Part shown: positions 62,823-64,000 of the stretch, in pieces
Position numbering within the stretch: the stretch's first letter is position 1
Layout: each line of letters starts with the position of its first letter
Source of the DNA: Candidatus Bathyarchaeota archaeon
GTDB taxonomy: Archaea; Thermoproteota; Bathyarchaeia; Bathyarchaeales; Bathycorpusculaceae
DNA: 64,000 bases
Direction: 5' to 3'
NCBI GenBank assembly: GCA_963833575.1
Contig: CAWHXY010000004.1
Coordinates: 352,001-416,000 of the forward strand
Notes under the pieces: model-generated
Told to the model about the DNA's origin: nothing
The model's database searches: none
Seen by the model: the letters and a program-made list of their open reading frames with translations, nothing else
Position numbers and translations under genes: made by a program

Positions 62823-63063
62823 TATTGATCTTCGATAGTTCTTCCAACATGGAAAAACCAGTTAAGTGAAGTTGGATTCCACATTTGTTGCAGCAAATCA
62901 CCACTTCATCCAAACCGTGACTGTTGACTTTTGCTTCGATAATCGTGTATGCGTTCTCGGTGCAATCGTCGGGAGAAATAGTATTTCCGCAGCATGGACA
63001 TGAAAAGTCTCCTTTTCCACCAATTTTGTTCAAATCTATCATATACGTACTTTTTTGTTTCAT
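62767..63063 (-). CDS. Zinc-ribbon protein
   Basis: Start MKQKSTY after GGAGG; paralog of 40858-41097. Confidence 0.8.
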   Translation of the reverse strand: MKQKSTYMIDLNKIGGKGDFSCPCCGNTISPDDCTENAYTIIEAKVNSHGLDEVVICCNKCGIQLHLTGFSMLEELSKINTKKPLEKTEESLSYVTHV

Positions 63064-63263
63064 CTTTCTTGCCTCCTTTACAGGTTTCAATGTTGTGGAG
63101 AGATTATTAATCGATTTTTCCGATTTCCACTCAAATAGGCACCAAATTACTACCAAATTGAGTTTGTTGAAAAATAAACGAAACTTTGGAAAGACAAGTT
63201 TTAGGTTCCAATTTGAGCAGCAAAACAAATAATTAGGAAAGGTTATTTCTGAACAAAGAGAGG

Positions 63264-63731
63264 TTGAGTATTTTGTCTTGGGAAATATTAGATGAAAATA
63301 CATTAAGCAAAATCAAGAAACAGAAGGACTTTGAAGATGAAACATCAAAGAAACTCATGCCGTTATATGAGTCTGCTAAAAACCCAATAATAAAACTCTA
63401 CATACACAGTATAATTCTGGATACCATGAGACATTCAGATACTTATCAAATGCTTATCGATTTAAATGATCGAGCTCAAATAGGTGAAGAAAGCGCGAAA
63501 ATTGGAGAACAAGAGTTGAAGAGCCACATCACAGAGGAAGCCAAGATGCTAGCTCAAACGGAGCAAATCAGCAAATCAGTGAAGGATAAAAGGATCAAAC
63601 AAATAGTTCAGAGCATACTTGAAGACGAACAAAAACATCACAGGGTATTGAGTGAATTGATGAAGATTTTGAAGAAAGAATCAAAAGAATGGGACGCCTA
63701 TTTATACGACCTGATGACGGGTTTCCCATAA
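63264..63731 (+). CDS. Ferritin-like/rubrerythrin-like protein
   Basis: D..RH and ED.QKH di-iron-type helical motifs. Confidence 0.75.
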   Translation: MSILSWEILDENTLSKIKKQKDFEDETSKKLMPLYESAKNPIIKLYIHSIILDTMRHSDTYQMLIDLNDRAQIGEESAKIGEQELKSHITEEAKMLAQTEQISKSVKDKRIKQIVQSILEDEQKHHRVLSELMKILKKESKEWDAYLYDLMTGFP

Positions 63732-63856
63732 AGGCCTTCTTCTTTTTCAAAACAATTCTTTGTAGCTTGCATAAAGGCAGATTTGCACCATATTCAACCT
63801 ACAAAGTAATGAGTCTATTTCGCCTGGTTGAAAGGTTATCTTTGAACTGCGACTCT

Positions 63857-64000
63857 TTATGGAAAAGATGTATCGGGATATCGCCCCATAGCTTCCAGTA
63901 TTTCTTCAGAGACTGACTTTTTCCCGGCATTTCGTACAAAATCCGAAGCAACGACTATACCAACTAATTTGTTCTGTTTCAAGACTGGAAGTCTTCTAAT
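63857..64000 (-). CDS. CBS-domain protein, 3' end (truncated by the window edge)
   Basis: IRRLPVLKQNKLVGIVVASDF...AMGRYP closely resembles 28959-29396. Confidence 0.8.
   Translation of the reverse strand: MRRLPVLKQNKLVGIVVASDFVRNAGKKSVSEEILEAMGRYPDTSFP

Overview
Archaeal chromosomal window. The gene content (paralogous PQQ-type beta-propeller surface proteins with C-terminal anchors, MMPL transporter, TrmB/Lrp regulators, zinc-ribbon microproteins) resembles Bathyarchaeia; this assignment is an inference. It contains an argG-argH-carA-carB operon divergent from an ACT-regulator/thrC-hom-lysC operon, tandem DUF72 genes, yyaL, arsM, a CDF transporter, clpB, Hsp20, secreted phosphoesterase/sulfotransferase genes and three PQQ-propeller paralogs. 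I saw no tRNA, rRNA, CRISPR array or transposase. The main novelty is non-coding. (1) Three related ~100-115 nt hairpin RNA candidates (52483, 61361, 48422) expose a loop antisense to the Shine-Dalgarno/AUG region of the PQQ-propeller paralogs; two are closed by a bulge-helix-bulge-like motif. (2) A free-standing, highly structured 233-nt RNA candidate (38154-38386) is closed by a canonical BHB motif, so it may be a circular-RNA precursor. (3) A dispersed repeat family (at least 8 copies) joins a locus-variable 10-bp-periodic array to a conserved ~45-bp tail. Also present: an ATA-initiated argG, two frameshifted genes and several unannotated microproteins. All structures and alignments were done by eye.
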